Shown one piece after another: positions 8,670 through 18,249 of a DNA stretch of 64,000 nucleotides. Location: assembly GCA_965223795.1 (NCBI GenBank), contig CBDCXL010000002.1, forward strand, positions 1,056,001-1,120,000, read 5' to 3'. A program made the position numbers and the translations under genes. The DNA is from Nitrospinales bacterium (GTDB lineage: Bacteria; Nitrospinota; Nitrospinia; Nitrospinales; VA-1). The notes under the pieces are model-generated. The model made no database searches. It saw only the letters and a program-made list of their open reading frames with translations, and was not told the origin of the DNA. Position 1 is the first letter of the stretch. Each line of letters opens with the position of its first letter.

Positions 8670-10484
8670 CTATTCCGCTTTGCCTTCTTTGTCAATTTGC
8701 GCGGGAATTTTCACGCGTTTCGGCCCGCCAAAGTTTCCGGACGCCTCCCGCTCGCGCAGCGCCTTGACCATGAGCTGCATGGCGAGGCGCGCCTGCTCGT
8801 CTTGCGGGCGCAGCCTCGTTGCGGCCTTGAACGATTCGAGGGCGTCCTGCAGTTTTCCCTGCTGCGAGTAGTGCACGCCGAGGTTGTAGTGGGCGTTGGC
8901 GTAGCGCGGGTCGATGGCGATGGCGGCGCGGAAGGCCTCGATGGCTTCTTCTGTTCTTTCGAGCAGGCCGAGCACGTTGCCCAGATTGTTGTAGGCGCGG
9001 GCGTAGTCGGGATTGAGCTTGAGCGCGTTGCGGTAGGACGCCTCCGCTTCCGCAAGTTTGCCCTGCCTGCGATAGGCGTTGCCGAGGTTGAAGTGCGCCT
9101 TGATGTGATCGGGCTTGAGCTGCACCGTCGCGCGGTAGGCCAGGACGGCTTCTTTGGGGTTTTTGTTCATCTTGTCCAGCTCGGTGCCGAGGTTGTAGTG
9201 CGCCATCCAGGAGGACGGGTTTTTGGCGATGGTGTCGCGCCACAGGGTCTCGACGTCTTTGTAGATGTGGCCCTGGTTGTGGGTGAGCCCGGCGAGAACC
9301 AGCGCCAGCACGGTCAACGCGGCGGCGCGCAGCGGAAAGGCGCGGGTTTTCATTGCAGCCGGAAGTCGCTGGGCCGCGGCGGCGAACAGGGCCAGCGGCC
9401 CGATGCTCGCCAGGTACTGAAAATGATCGGCCACGAACGAGAAGCGCATGGGATACACGTTGACGAACCCGAGCGCCGGGGTCAGCGTGCCGGCGAAAAA
9501 CAGAACCGCCACGAGCGGGCCTTTGCCCCAGCGGGTTCTGCGCCGCCACAGAAACCCGATCAGCGCGAGGAAGGCCAGCGGGTACAGGTACTGCACGAAC
9601 GCACCGGCGTCGATGTTCCAGCGCGGATAGGTGAAGATCAAGGGATGCGGCCAGAGCAGTTTGCCGAGGTAAAACCACAAGGCGCGGCCGGCGATGAGGA
9701 ATCGATCCACCGCCGAAAGATCCCATTCGGGGCCGAGCGCGCCGACGTGGAAGCGCTCCATCCAGCCGGTGATGAACGCCATGCCGAGCCCGGCCACGAA
9801 AAACGGATAGGTGAGGAAGGTGTTCCGCCAGCCCAGCCGTTCCTTCTTCCACCACAGGATCAGAATGATCACCGCGGGCAGCGTGCAGGTGACGGTCTTG
9901 CTCCAGAGCGCGCACAAAAACAGAACCCAGGAAACACCGTACAGCCCCCAGCGGGTGGGCTGAAGCGCCGCGGCGTCCGGGTCGCGCGGTTCGCTGTCGT
10001 CGAGCCCGGCGAAGCGCAGGTAGGCCCACAGCGAGGAAAGGTAGAACATCCCCGAGAGCACGTTCTTGCGTTCGGTGATCCAGGCGACCGATTCGACGTG
10101 CACGGGATGCACCGCGAACAGCACCGCCGCCCACACCGCGCCGGGCACAGACAGGGCGCGCAGCACCCGCCACAGCAGGAACGCGTTGCCGAGGTGCAGG
10201 GCCACGTTGACGATGTGGTAGCCGAGGGGCCGGGTTTCCCACAGGCGGTACTCGAGCCAGAAGGTGGTGAACGTCATCGGATAATACTGCGGCGTCGCGC
10301 CGAATTCGGTCCACATCTTCCACAGGCCGGACAGCGACTTGAGATGCTCGTTCAGGGTGATGTAGGCGTCGTCGTCCCAGATGAAGCCGCCGCGCATCGC
10401 GGGAAGGTACGCGCAGGCCGCGACGATGAGGAACGCGATCAAGGGCCATCGTAGTGGCCGGGTATCGGGTTGGGATGGGTTCAA
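8670..10484 (-). CDS. TMTC-like GT-C membrane glycosyltransferase with C-terminal TPRs
   Basis: GGFIWDD, FAVHPVHVESVAWITER, ADHFQYL, ETLWRDT, then AHYNLG-type TPRs; start uncertain (TTG 10484). Confidence 0.85.
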   Translation of the reverse strand: MNPSQPDTRPLRWPLIAFLIVAACAYLPAMRGGFIWDDDAYITLNEHLKSLSGLWKMWTEFGATPQYYPMTFTTFWLEYRLWETRPLGYHIVNVALHLGNAFLLWRVLRALSVPGAVWAAVLFAVHPVHVESVAWITERKNVLSGMFYLSSLWAYLRFAGLDDSEPRDPDAAALQPTRWGLYGVSWVLFLCALWSKTVTCTLPAVIILILWWKKERLGWRNTFLTYPFFVAGLGMAFITGWMERFHVGALGPEWDLSAVDRFLIAGRALWFYLGKLLWPHPLIFTYPRWNIDAGAFVQYLYPLAFLALIGFLWRRRTRWGKGPLVAVLFFAGTLTPALGFVNVYPMRFSFVADHFQYLASIGPLALFAAAAQRLPAAMKTRAFPLRAAALTVLALVLAGLTHNQGHIYKDVETLWRDTIAKNPSSWMAHYNLGTELDKMNKNPKEAVLAYRATVQLKPDHIKAHFNLGNAYRRQGKLAEAEASYRNALKLNPDYARAYNNLGNVLGLLERTEEAIEAFRAAIAIDPRYANAHYNLGVHYSQQGKLQDALESFKAATRLRPQDEQARLAMQLMVKALREREASGNFGGPKRVKIPAQIDKEGKAE

Positions 10485-10620
10485 GGTGTTTCCCCGGAGT
10501 TTGAGGAAAAGACGAAACGGAGCGAGGGACGCCCGGTCTTTTGTATCGCAATTGCGGGAAGGTTGCAACGCGAAGCTTTAAGGATCTGCTTCGGCTTTGC
10601 CGGAATGAAAGCGGAACCGG

Positions 10621-10809
10621 TCAGGCCCGCGTCTTCTTCACCCCGGCGTCCGTAGCCTGCGCCTGCTTGCGCGCCTCGGCGGACAGGGTCACCCGGTCCA
10701 CCTGCCCCTGCACGCTTTTCACCGCGACTTTTTTATTCAGCTCCGCGATGCGCGTCTGGTTCTGGTACACCTTGGAAATCCGTTCGAATCGAACCAATGA
10801 AATGTCCAT
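10621..10809 (-). CDS. Small FlgM-associated/FlgM-like flagellar protein (62 aa)
   Basis: ISKVYQNQ...VDRVTLSAEAR motif; GAGAGG RBS; adjacent to FlgN-like gene. Confidence 0.6.
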   Translation of the reverse strand: MDISLVRFERISKVYQNQTRIAELNKKVAVKSVQGQVDRVTLSAEARKQAQATDAGVKKTRA

Positions 10810-10827
10810 GACAGCCTCTCAAAACCC

Positions 10828-11268
10828 TCAAACGTTTTTGGAGATCCTGGATTTGACCTGCTTTTCGTTCGCGTACCCCTTGAGCATGGTCTTGCCTTTT
10901 TTGATGTCGAGCAGCTGATCCTTGACGAGGAATTTGCGCGCCTTGAGTTCCACCTGGCAGTGGTTTTCCATTTTTACAATGTTCTGCAAAATGTCCTCCA
11001 CCTGCTGCCGCAGCCCTTCGTTGGCGCGCGCCACCCGGCCCAGTTCCTCGGGGTTGAGCGCCAGCACGATCGTTTCCATCTGCCGCTCCACTTCCTGCGC
11101 GGAGGCGAGCAGGCCGCGCTTCTCTTCGATCAGCGTTTTCAAACGGGCCTCGTCTTCCAGCTGGATGACGGCCACCTGCTCTTCCAGTTTCGCGGCCAGT
11201 TCCTGGTAGCAGGCTTTCTCCTGCCGCAAACAGTTTTCGATGATGTTTGCCGGATCGTCTGAGTTCAC
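10828..11268 (-). CDS. FlgN-like flagellar export chaperone
   Basis: All-helical 146 aa ending KGKTMLKGY...; AGGAG RBS; flagellar context. Confidence 0.6.
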   Translation of the reverse strand: MNSDDPANIIENCLRQEKACYQELAAKLEEQVAVIQLEDEARLKTLIEEKRGLLASAQEVERQMETIVLALNPEELGRVARANEGLRQQVEDILQNIVKMENHCQVELKARKFLVKDQLLDIKKGKTMLKGYANEKQVKSRISKNV

Positions 11269-11295
11269 GCTGCACTCCTGAAATTGTTTTTTTTA

Positions 11296-13092
11296 TTAAA
11301 CCACCGCGATCAGCTTCGAGGCGGCCGCGCTTTGCGCGTTCTCCGCAAACGCACGCACACCGCGGCTTACAGCGGCATCCACCGGCCCGGCAAGCCGCTG
11401 CTGCTTGAGCGCGATCATTCCGGTTTGCGGATCCAGTATCTGAGTCAAACGGGTTTCGAGTACGGGAAGAATACCGGTTTCGGGATTTTCGAACAAGTCC
11501 AAAACTTCTTCGGCGTTGACGGTCAGCGCGCGCTGGAGCCGCCCGATGTTCACGGACAGCGTGTCGTCATCCTGTGTGCGGATGCCGACGGCGCGCAGAC
11601 GATCGAGCAGCCCGCGTCCGGTTTCGTTTGCATTCTGCGCACGCGTCTGCGTTTGCAACGCCACTGCGTCGACGCGGTCCTTTTCGGTGTTTTCAACATC
11701 GAAGCCGATCCCGCGCTGGTTTTCCCGGCCCGCCCGCACCTTGTCGATGTTTTCATTGCGTTCGTTGAGATCGCGGGTGCGCTGCTCGGGCGTTCCGGTC
11801 AGCTCTTGCCGGATCTGCTTGAGATCCGCGTCGCCCGCAAAAGTTTTCGTCCCGGCCAGAAGATCGTTGACGCGCCGCACCGCGTTGTTGAAGCGGCCGA
11901 CCAGCGATTCGATGCGCGACGCCGTGCGCGAGGTCTCAAGCGTCACCTCGATGCGCACCCTGCTATCGGACGTTTGCTTCAACGTGAGCCGGGTGTCGTC
12001 GATGACATTGGCAAAGGTGTTGGAACGGCTGGTCTGATCTTTGCCTTCCACTTCGATGCGCGCGGTCTGCGGATCGCGGATCAGATTCGTGCGCGGGTTG
12101 CCGGTGTCGAACTGCACTTCCTTCTGCACGGAACGGCCTTTGCTGTCGCGTTCGAAAAACCCGAGCCCGAGCAGCACGTCATCGTCGTCTCTGAGATCGA
12201 TGCGCGCATCGCCGCCGGCGAGGCTGGTGAGCGTGAGGCGGCCGCTCTGGATGCCGGCGATGACCCGCGTTTCCAGCACGCCGCCGTCGAGCCGGCCGTT
12301 GCCGTTCGCATCCTCGGTGCCGTCGAGCGCGCCGTTGCCGTTCACATCCTCGATCACGAACGCGCCGCCGCCGAACTCGTTGCCGTCCACGCCGTAGCGG
12401 TCGAGCACGCCGTTGCCGTTCAAGTCTTCGGGTCCGTCCAGCGCGCCGTTGTTGTTGCCGTCTTCACCGAAGTTGATCTTGTCGCGCAGGGAAGCCAGCG
12501 AGTCGCCGGTGGTGACGGTCACTTTGTGGCCGTTGATGAAAAAGCTGCCGGAAAATCCCAGCTCGCTGTCCGCCTGCACGTCGGAGACAAGAACCTCACC
12601 GGCCGCAAGCCGCGTCGGGGTCACATCGGCGCGGGTCAGGGGCGCATTCGGCCCGGCCTCGGCTTCAATGCGGCCGGGATCGCTGGATTTGGCGCTTCTC
12701 AGATTCAGGGCGCCGGGTGCGCGCAGGGCGCTGGCTTCGGCTCTGAGCGCCGCCAGGGAATCGGCGAGTTCGCTGAGGCGTGTGATCTTGAGTGCGCGGA
12801 AGCGTTCGCTGTTGTCGATGGTATTTTCCGCGGAAACGGCCGGTGTCGGGGTGCGGATGGACAACAGCCGGATGGCGTCGCGCGCCCGCAGGGAAGCGAC
12901 GGGGCCTGTGGATTTGAGCGTCGGGGCGTTTCTGTGCGAAGACAGCGCGTCGAGCAATAGATCGCTGCGCCTGGGAACCGGGTCCGGAAGCAGGGATGCA
13001 GCCCGGTTCGGCTTGACGGCATCATTCGCGCCGCCTGCCGTTCCCGAAGAAAAACCGGGCAGGGATGAATTTGGCAAACCCGTGAGCTGCAT
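11296..13092 (-). CDS. Divergent FliD-like (filament cap) protein with Ca-binding repeat insert
   Basis: SSDP, DSLASLRDKIN, SRSNTFANVIDDTRLTL, LRAVGIRTQDDDTLSVN...LQRAL...EEVLDLF FliD motifs; four EDxNxNGxLD repeats. Confidence 0.7.
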   Translation of the reverse strand: MQLTGLPNSSLPGFSSGTAGGANDAVKPNRAASLLPDPVPRRSDLLLDALSSHRNAPTLKSTGPVASLRARDAIRLLSIRTPTPAVSAENTIDNSERFRALKITRLSELADSLAALRAEASALRAPGALNLRSAKSSDPGRIEAEAGPNAPLTRADVTPTRLAAGEVLVSDVQADSELGFSGSFFINGHKVTVTTGDSLASLRDKINFGEDGNNNGALDGPEDLNGNGVLDRYGVDGNEFGGGAFVIEDVNGNGALDGTEDANGNGRLDGGVLETRVIAGIQSGRLTLTSLAGGDARIDLRDDDDVLLGLGFFERDSKGRSVQKEVQFDTGNPRTNLIRDPQTARIEVEGKDQTSRSNTFANVIDDTRLTLKQTSDSRVRIEVTLETSRTASRIESLVGRFNNAVRRVNDLLAGTKTFAGDADLKQIRQELTGTPEQRTRDLNERNENIDKVRAGRENQRGIGFDVENTEKDRVDAVALQTQTRAQNANETGRGLLDRLRAVGIRTQDDDTLSVNIGRLQRALTVNAEEVLDLFENPETGILPVLETRLTQILDPQTGMIALKQQRLAGPVDAAVSRGVRAFAENAQSAAASKLIAVV

Positions 13093-13129
13093 GTTCTCAT
13101 CGGCCGTGCGGCCGGGTCCGGGAAACCCT

Positions 13130-13157
13130 TCAAGTGCCGGAAACCGGTAGCCGATAA
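13130..13157 (+). promoter_or_regulatory. sigma28-like promoter, antisense to the flagellar genes
   Basis: TCAA-N16-GCCGATAA. Confidence 0.5.
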
Positions 13158-13457
13158 GAAAGCGTTCCCGTGCGACACGGGATGTGCGTTTCAAGCCAAA
13201 CGCCCGCCTCGCCGGCGTTGCGCGTGAAAACTCGGCTGGGGTTCCCCCTGTTTGTGTGGGCAGCCCGGTTGGTTTCCGGCAGGCTCCTTTTCAGGAACAA
13301 CGGGGCTGATGCTTGCGCTTTCCTTGCATGAGATGGGGGCGCCAACCTTTCCTTCTCGGCAAAGAAAACCGCAACCTGGTTGTTGTCAGCTGTCTCCTCT
13401 AAGACGCGTTGACCTGTCTAGGCCCGCCCGGCTCAGCGCCGGCGGGCGCGGCAATCT

Positions 13458-14261
13458 TCAGATCAGATCGTCGATGTTCTGACCGCGTTCGGTTTGCGCA
13501 CTTTCCGGCGCCTGCGTTTCAGCGCCGTCGTCGATGCTTCCCTCTCCGGCGGACACGGTTTCTTCCTTCGGAGTCTGCGGCTCCAGCCCGGTCGGTCCTG
13601 CCTGCACCACGGTCTGCGTTTCCAGAGCCGGTTCTTTATCCGCCGCTCTCTCCGCGGCCCGGTTCTGTTCCTCGCGCACCGTCTCGTTCACCTGCTGCGG
13701 CTCGATGCGTTCCTGTTCGCGGGTCTCGAACTCGCGCAACCGCTGCTGCGCTCCGTCGTTCTCCGGTGCGCGCGTTTCCGCACGCGGAGCCGGTTCGCGT
13801 TCCAGCCGTGCGCTCTGCACGCTGTCGCGGGATTCTTCACGCACCTGCCGTTCACGGCGGGACGCGTCCTGCGGTTCGTTCGCGGCTTCCTCGAATCCGC
13901 GCACGCCGCGCGCGTTGTCGCGTTCCAGCTCGACGATCTGCCGGGCGGCGCCGCGCTCGCTTTCGCTGCGTTCGTTGTTGGAAACAGGGGGTTCCTCGTT
14001 GCGCCCGCTGCTTTCATTGCGCGCCTGGCCCGGCGTGTCCTGGGTTTCGCGCCGCAGCAGAACCTGTTCTTCCGGCGTGGAGGTGCGGACGTTCTCCTCC
14101 CGCGGCCGGGGTTCGTCCGCCGGCCGTGCGGTGGTCTCCTGCCTCTGCCTTGCTTCCGGCCTTTCCGCCGCTGCCTCTTCGCCTGCATCCGGCCTGCGGT
14201 TCTGCACGGTGTTCAACAGGCTCTGAGGACTCGCGGAAGGCCCGCTCACTTCCTGTGCCAT
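13458..14261 (-). CDS. Low-complexity E/R/Q-rich, probably disordered protein with GQNIDDLI C-terminus
   Basis: Strong RBS GGAGGAAAGGA before ATG 14261; C-terminal motif resembles YjfB-type motility proteins. Confidence 0.7.
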   Translation of the reverse strand: MAQEVSGPSASPQSLLNTVQNRRPDAGEEAAAERPEARQRQETTARPADEPRPREENVRTSTPEEQVLLRRETQDTPGQARNESSGRNEEPPVSNNERSESERGAARQIVELERDNARGVRGFEEAANEPQDASRRERQVREESRDSVQSARLEREPAPRAETRAPENDGAQQRLREFETREQERIEPQQVNETVREEQNRAAERAADKEPALETQTVVQAGPTGLEPQTPKEETVSAGEGSIDDGAETQAPESAQTERGQNIDDLI

Positions 14262-14358
14262 GATCCTTTCCTCCAAAAAGGTTCAACGCATGCTCTGTGA
14301 AATTCAAACGTCTGCTTTCCCCTGAAACCGGGGCCGCAGCCTGAAAAAAAAACCGAAC

Positions 14359-14385
14359 TAAAGTTTAACCACCCGATACCGATAC
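14359..14385 (+). promoter_or_regulatory. sigma28 promoter (rightward)
   Basis: TAAAGTTT-N11-ACCGATAC. Confidence 0.7.
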
Positions 14386-14500
14386 GGAGCATAGGTATGA
14401 TTTGCTCTTTTATAATTTCAGTATAAAAGCAATCGCGCCGAACAGGCGCTTTTTCAGCCTATCTCCCATTTTCTCAAAAGGTTACAGGTTGACGGTTTCC

Positions 14501-14527
14501 GTATCGGCGAAAATTCCGGAAACTTTA
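14501..14527 (-). promoter_or_regulatory. sigma28 promoter (leftward, for the 14261 gene)
   Basis: Minus strand TAAAGTTT-N11-GCCGATAC, near-perfect consensus. Confidence 0.85.
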
Positions 14528-14638
14528 GCCAAAATTTAAATAAATTTTAACAAAGCGATTTTTTGGGCGTGCAGAGGGGAAAATCAGCGAACGGCTTGAT
14601 CCTTGCGGGGGTTTGCGGGTCAGGCGGGATGCCGGGGG

Positions 14639-15241
14639 CTATTCCGGCTGCTTAAATTGCGGCAGCAGCGCCTGCCATTCGTTGTAATAGGGCAGGATCT
14701 CGTATTCCAGCAGGTCGGCGAGCAGGACCCAGTCCTTGTTCTTGTTCGCCTCCTCCATCTGCTGAACGAGTGTGACGAGCTTCTCCTGACGGCCCTTGAC
14801 CTGGCCTTCGTCCAGCCGTCTGGAACCGGGAATGAGGTCCACGGCTTTTTCCAGCGATTCGACCACCTGGGAAAACCAGTCCATGCCGTCGATGATGTGG
14901 ATGAAAAACTGGTTGGCTTCCTTTTCGTCGCCGGAGCGGAACAGCCCGGCGGCTCTTTCGATTCCGGGGATCAGTTTGCCGAGATAGGCCTGGATGTTGG
15001 CGAGGTTCTTGTTGACGATCTGCGGCAGGGAGGAAATTTCGGTTTCCAGGGTTTCGATTTTGGCGACGGGGGTCTCGCGGATGCTCTCGGAGTCGGGGGC
15101 GACTTCCTCCTGATTGAGGCTCACGCGGCTGTAAAAGTTTCCCAGCTCGGGCTTGCATTGCAATATGCTGTCGAGCAGCTCGCCCAGCGTCGCCGCCGGG
15201 TAGGTGCCCGTCTCTTCTTCTCCGTTGACATAAATTTTCAT
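14639..15241 (-). CDS. Conserved hypothetical flagellar-locus protein
   Basis: C-terminal KDWVLLADLLEYEILP helix of a type seen in genes near flagellin/Maf loci; GAGG RBS. Confidence 0.7.
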   Translation of the reverse strand: MKIYVNGEEETGTYPAATLGELLDSILQCKPELGNFYSRVSLNQEEVAPDSESIRETPVAKIETLETEISSLPQIVNKNLANIQAYLGKLIPGIERAAGLFRSGDEKEANQFFIHIIDGMDWFSQVVESLEKAVDLIPGSRRLDEGQVKGRQEKLVTLVQQMEEANKNKDWVLLADLLEYEILPYYNEWQALLPQFKQPE

Positions 15242-15325
15242 GTCCGCCTCTTTGAGATCCGGGTCGGGCAGGCGTTCAGGGTAGGACCCGGATTTTGAAG
15301 GATAGTCCGTGCCGGACCGTTTTTC

Positions 15326-15393
15326 ACCTTAATGGGTCGGTATCTTGATGTCAAAGACTTTCCGTTGACAGTGCCCGCACAGGGCCTTACCGT
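15326..15393. promoter_or_regulatory. Back-to-back sigma70-like promoters
   Basis: Plus TTGACA-17-TACCGT (15365-15393); minus TTGACA-17-TAAGGT (15354-15326). Confidence 0.5.
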
Positions 15394-15440
15394 GGAAGAG
15401 AGGGAAATCGTTTCTCTTTTGAACCGGGAGCAAGCGTTCC

Positions 15441-16303
15441 ATGATCGAATCGTTCAATTCGGGCAACCTGACGCGGCTGTTCAACATCATTGAAAAAAAC
15501 AAGTCGGGACTCGGGCGCACGCTGGAAAAAATCGCCACGGGACGCCGTCTGAACCGCGCCGGTGAGGACGCGGCGTCGAACGCCATCGCCACGCGGCTGC
15601 GTTCGGACATCCGCGTGCTGACGCAGGCCGTGCGCAACGTGGAATCGGGCGCCAATTTCGTGCGCACCGCCGAAGGCGGCCTGCAGAACGTTTCCGACCT
15701 TGTGACCCGCGGCCGCGAACTGGCGATCCAGGCCAGCAACGGCACGCTGGGCGATGCGGAACGGCAGACGCTGAACCAGGAACTCACGCAGATCAAAAGC
15801 GAGATCGACCGCATCTCGGGCGCGACCGAATTCAACGGCCAGAAACTGCTCGACGGCTCGTTGAGCCCGGGGTCGCCGACGCAGGTGGACATCCAGGCGG
15901 GTTCGGGCAGCGGCCCGGAAAACCAAATCAACCTCAACGTCGTCGATGCGACCGACACGCAGACGCTCGGCGTCGACGGCACCGACATCTCGACCCAGGC
16001 CGGTGCGCTCGCGGCGCTGGCGGATTTCGAGCAGGCTGGCGACACGCTGTCCGCCACACGCGGCGAGATCGGCGCGGCTTCGAACCGCCTGGTCATCTCC
16101 GGCAACGACCTGGGCAACCGCATCGAAAACCTGACGCGGTCGGAATCGGCCACTACATTTAGCTGGCCGACGCGGATCTTGCCAAAGAGATCTCCGATCT
16201 TCAGCGCGGCCTCTCGCTTTTTCAGACCTCGATCCAGAGCCTGGCCACGAGCCTGCTGCAGAACGAACAGGCCACCGGCCGGCTGCTCAACACGCGCATC
16301 TGA
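15441..16303 (+). pseudogene. Flagellin-like gene frameshifted by an 11-nt insertion (283 aa if removed)
   Basis: TGRRLNRAGEDAAS, TAEGGL, ELAIQASNGT, TEFNGQKLLDG, RGEIGAASNRL, ENL; C-terminal LADADLAKE...TGRLLNTRI* lies in another frame from 16163. Confidence 0.85.
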
Positions 16304-16502
16304 GCTGAAGCACCCTTTGGAGCACCCCCACCCCTTTAGAAATTCACGCTTCCTTATCGTACGGTCGAAACCAGTTGGCTATTGCAATTCAACCTGTTCG
16401 CTATGGCCGGAGCCGGATTCGGTCTTGACCGTAACGGTCTGAAATGCTATTAATTGACCTCCTCAAAATCGCAAAAACCCGATCTTTCCCGGAGTGGATT
16501 TT

Positions 16503-16703
16503 ATGGACGTCAACACCATCAGAATCGAGATACGCAAGCATCACGTGACGCCCGGCATGAACGTGCTGGACCTCATCATCGACGCCAACGGCGAGAAAAT
16601 CGTCAAGCAGACGCAGCACAAGGACACCGATCAGTCGTTCCAGAAATTCGTCAAGGACGCGATCGCGCTTGGCAAGGAACTGGCAGAAGCCCGGATCGAA
16701 TGA
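16503..16703 (+). CDS. Hypothetical protein (66 aa)
   Basis: GGAG RBS, ATG 16503, typical GC3 codon bias. Confidence 0.7.
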   Translation: MDVNTIRIEIRKHHVTPGMNVLDLIIDANGEKIVKQTQHKDTDQSFQKFVKDAIALGKELAEARIE

Positions 16704-16840
16704 CGCTGTCCCCTCCTTCCTAAGGAATCGTCACACTCAAGCTCCCGCTTTCTGATCCGGACCGCATCCCGTCCTTGTGAAACGCGAATCTGTCAGGCAG
16801 AGACCTTTGACTCACTCAGGTGCGGCCCCTCAAAGCAATG

Positions 16841-16873
16841 TCTGTCACCCTTCGACACGCTCAGGGTGACAGA
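16841..16873. repeat. REP-like palindrome (CCCTTCGACxxGCTCAGGG type)
   Basis: 11-bp perfect arms TCTGTCACCCT/AGGGTGACAGA; degenerate copy at 16803-16821; between convergent genes. Confidence 0.6.
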
Positions 16874-16949
16874 TCTCAATTCCGCGCTGATAAACACACT
16901 CACTAAAAAAAATGAAATGATTGAGGGAAACAAAGGGAGTGAAACCCGC

Positions 16950-18011
<1,062 letters not shown>

Positions 18012-18023
18012 AAATTGAAAGTC

Positions 18024-18051
18024 ATTATAGCCGTATGCAAATGATTGTCAA
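18024..18051 (-). promoter_or_regulatory. Consensus sigma70 promoter
   Basis: Minus strand TTGACA-16-TATAAT. Confidence 0.75.
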
Positions 18052-18249
18052 AAAAAACACTAACCGCACAAAGGTTCTTTAGGAATTATTGAATGCTTCG
18101 ATGGGAGTTACCATTTTGTTTGTTTATGTTTTTGATGATCCATTCAGCTTTAAACTATTTTGATTAAATTTTATCTCTTTTAATCGAAGCTGAAAAACTT
18201 TTTACGGAAGGAAGGGCAACGGTAAAACGTTATCACTCTGTGAGAACGC

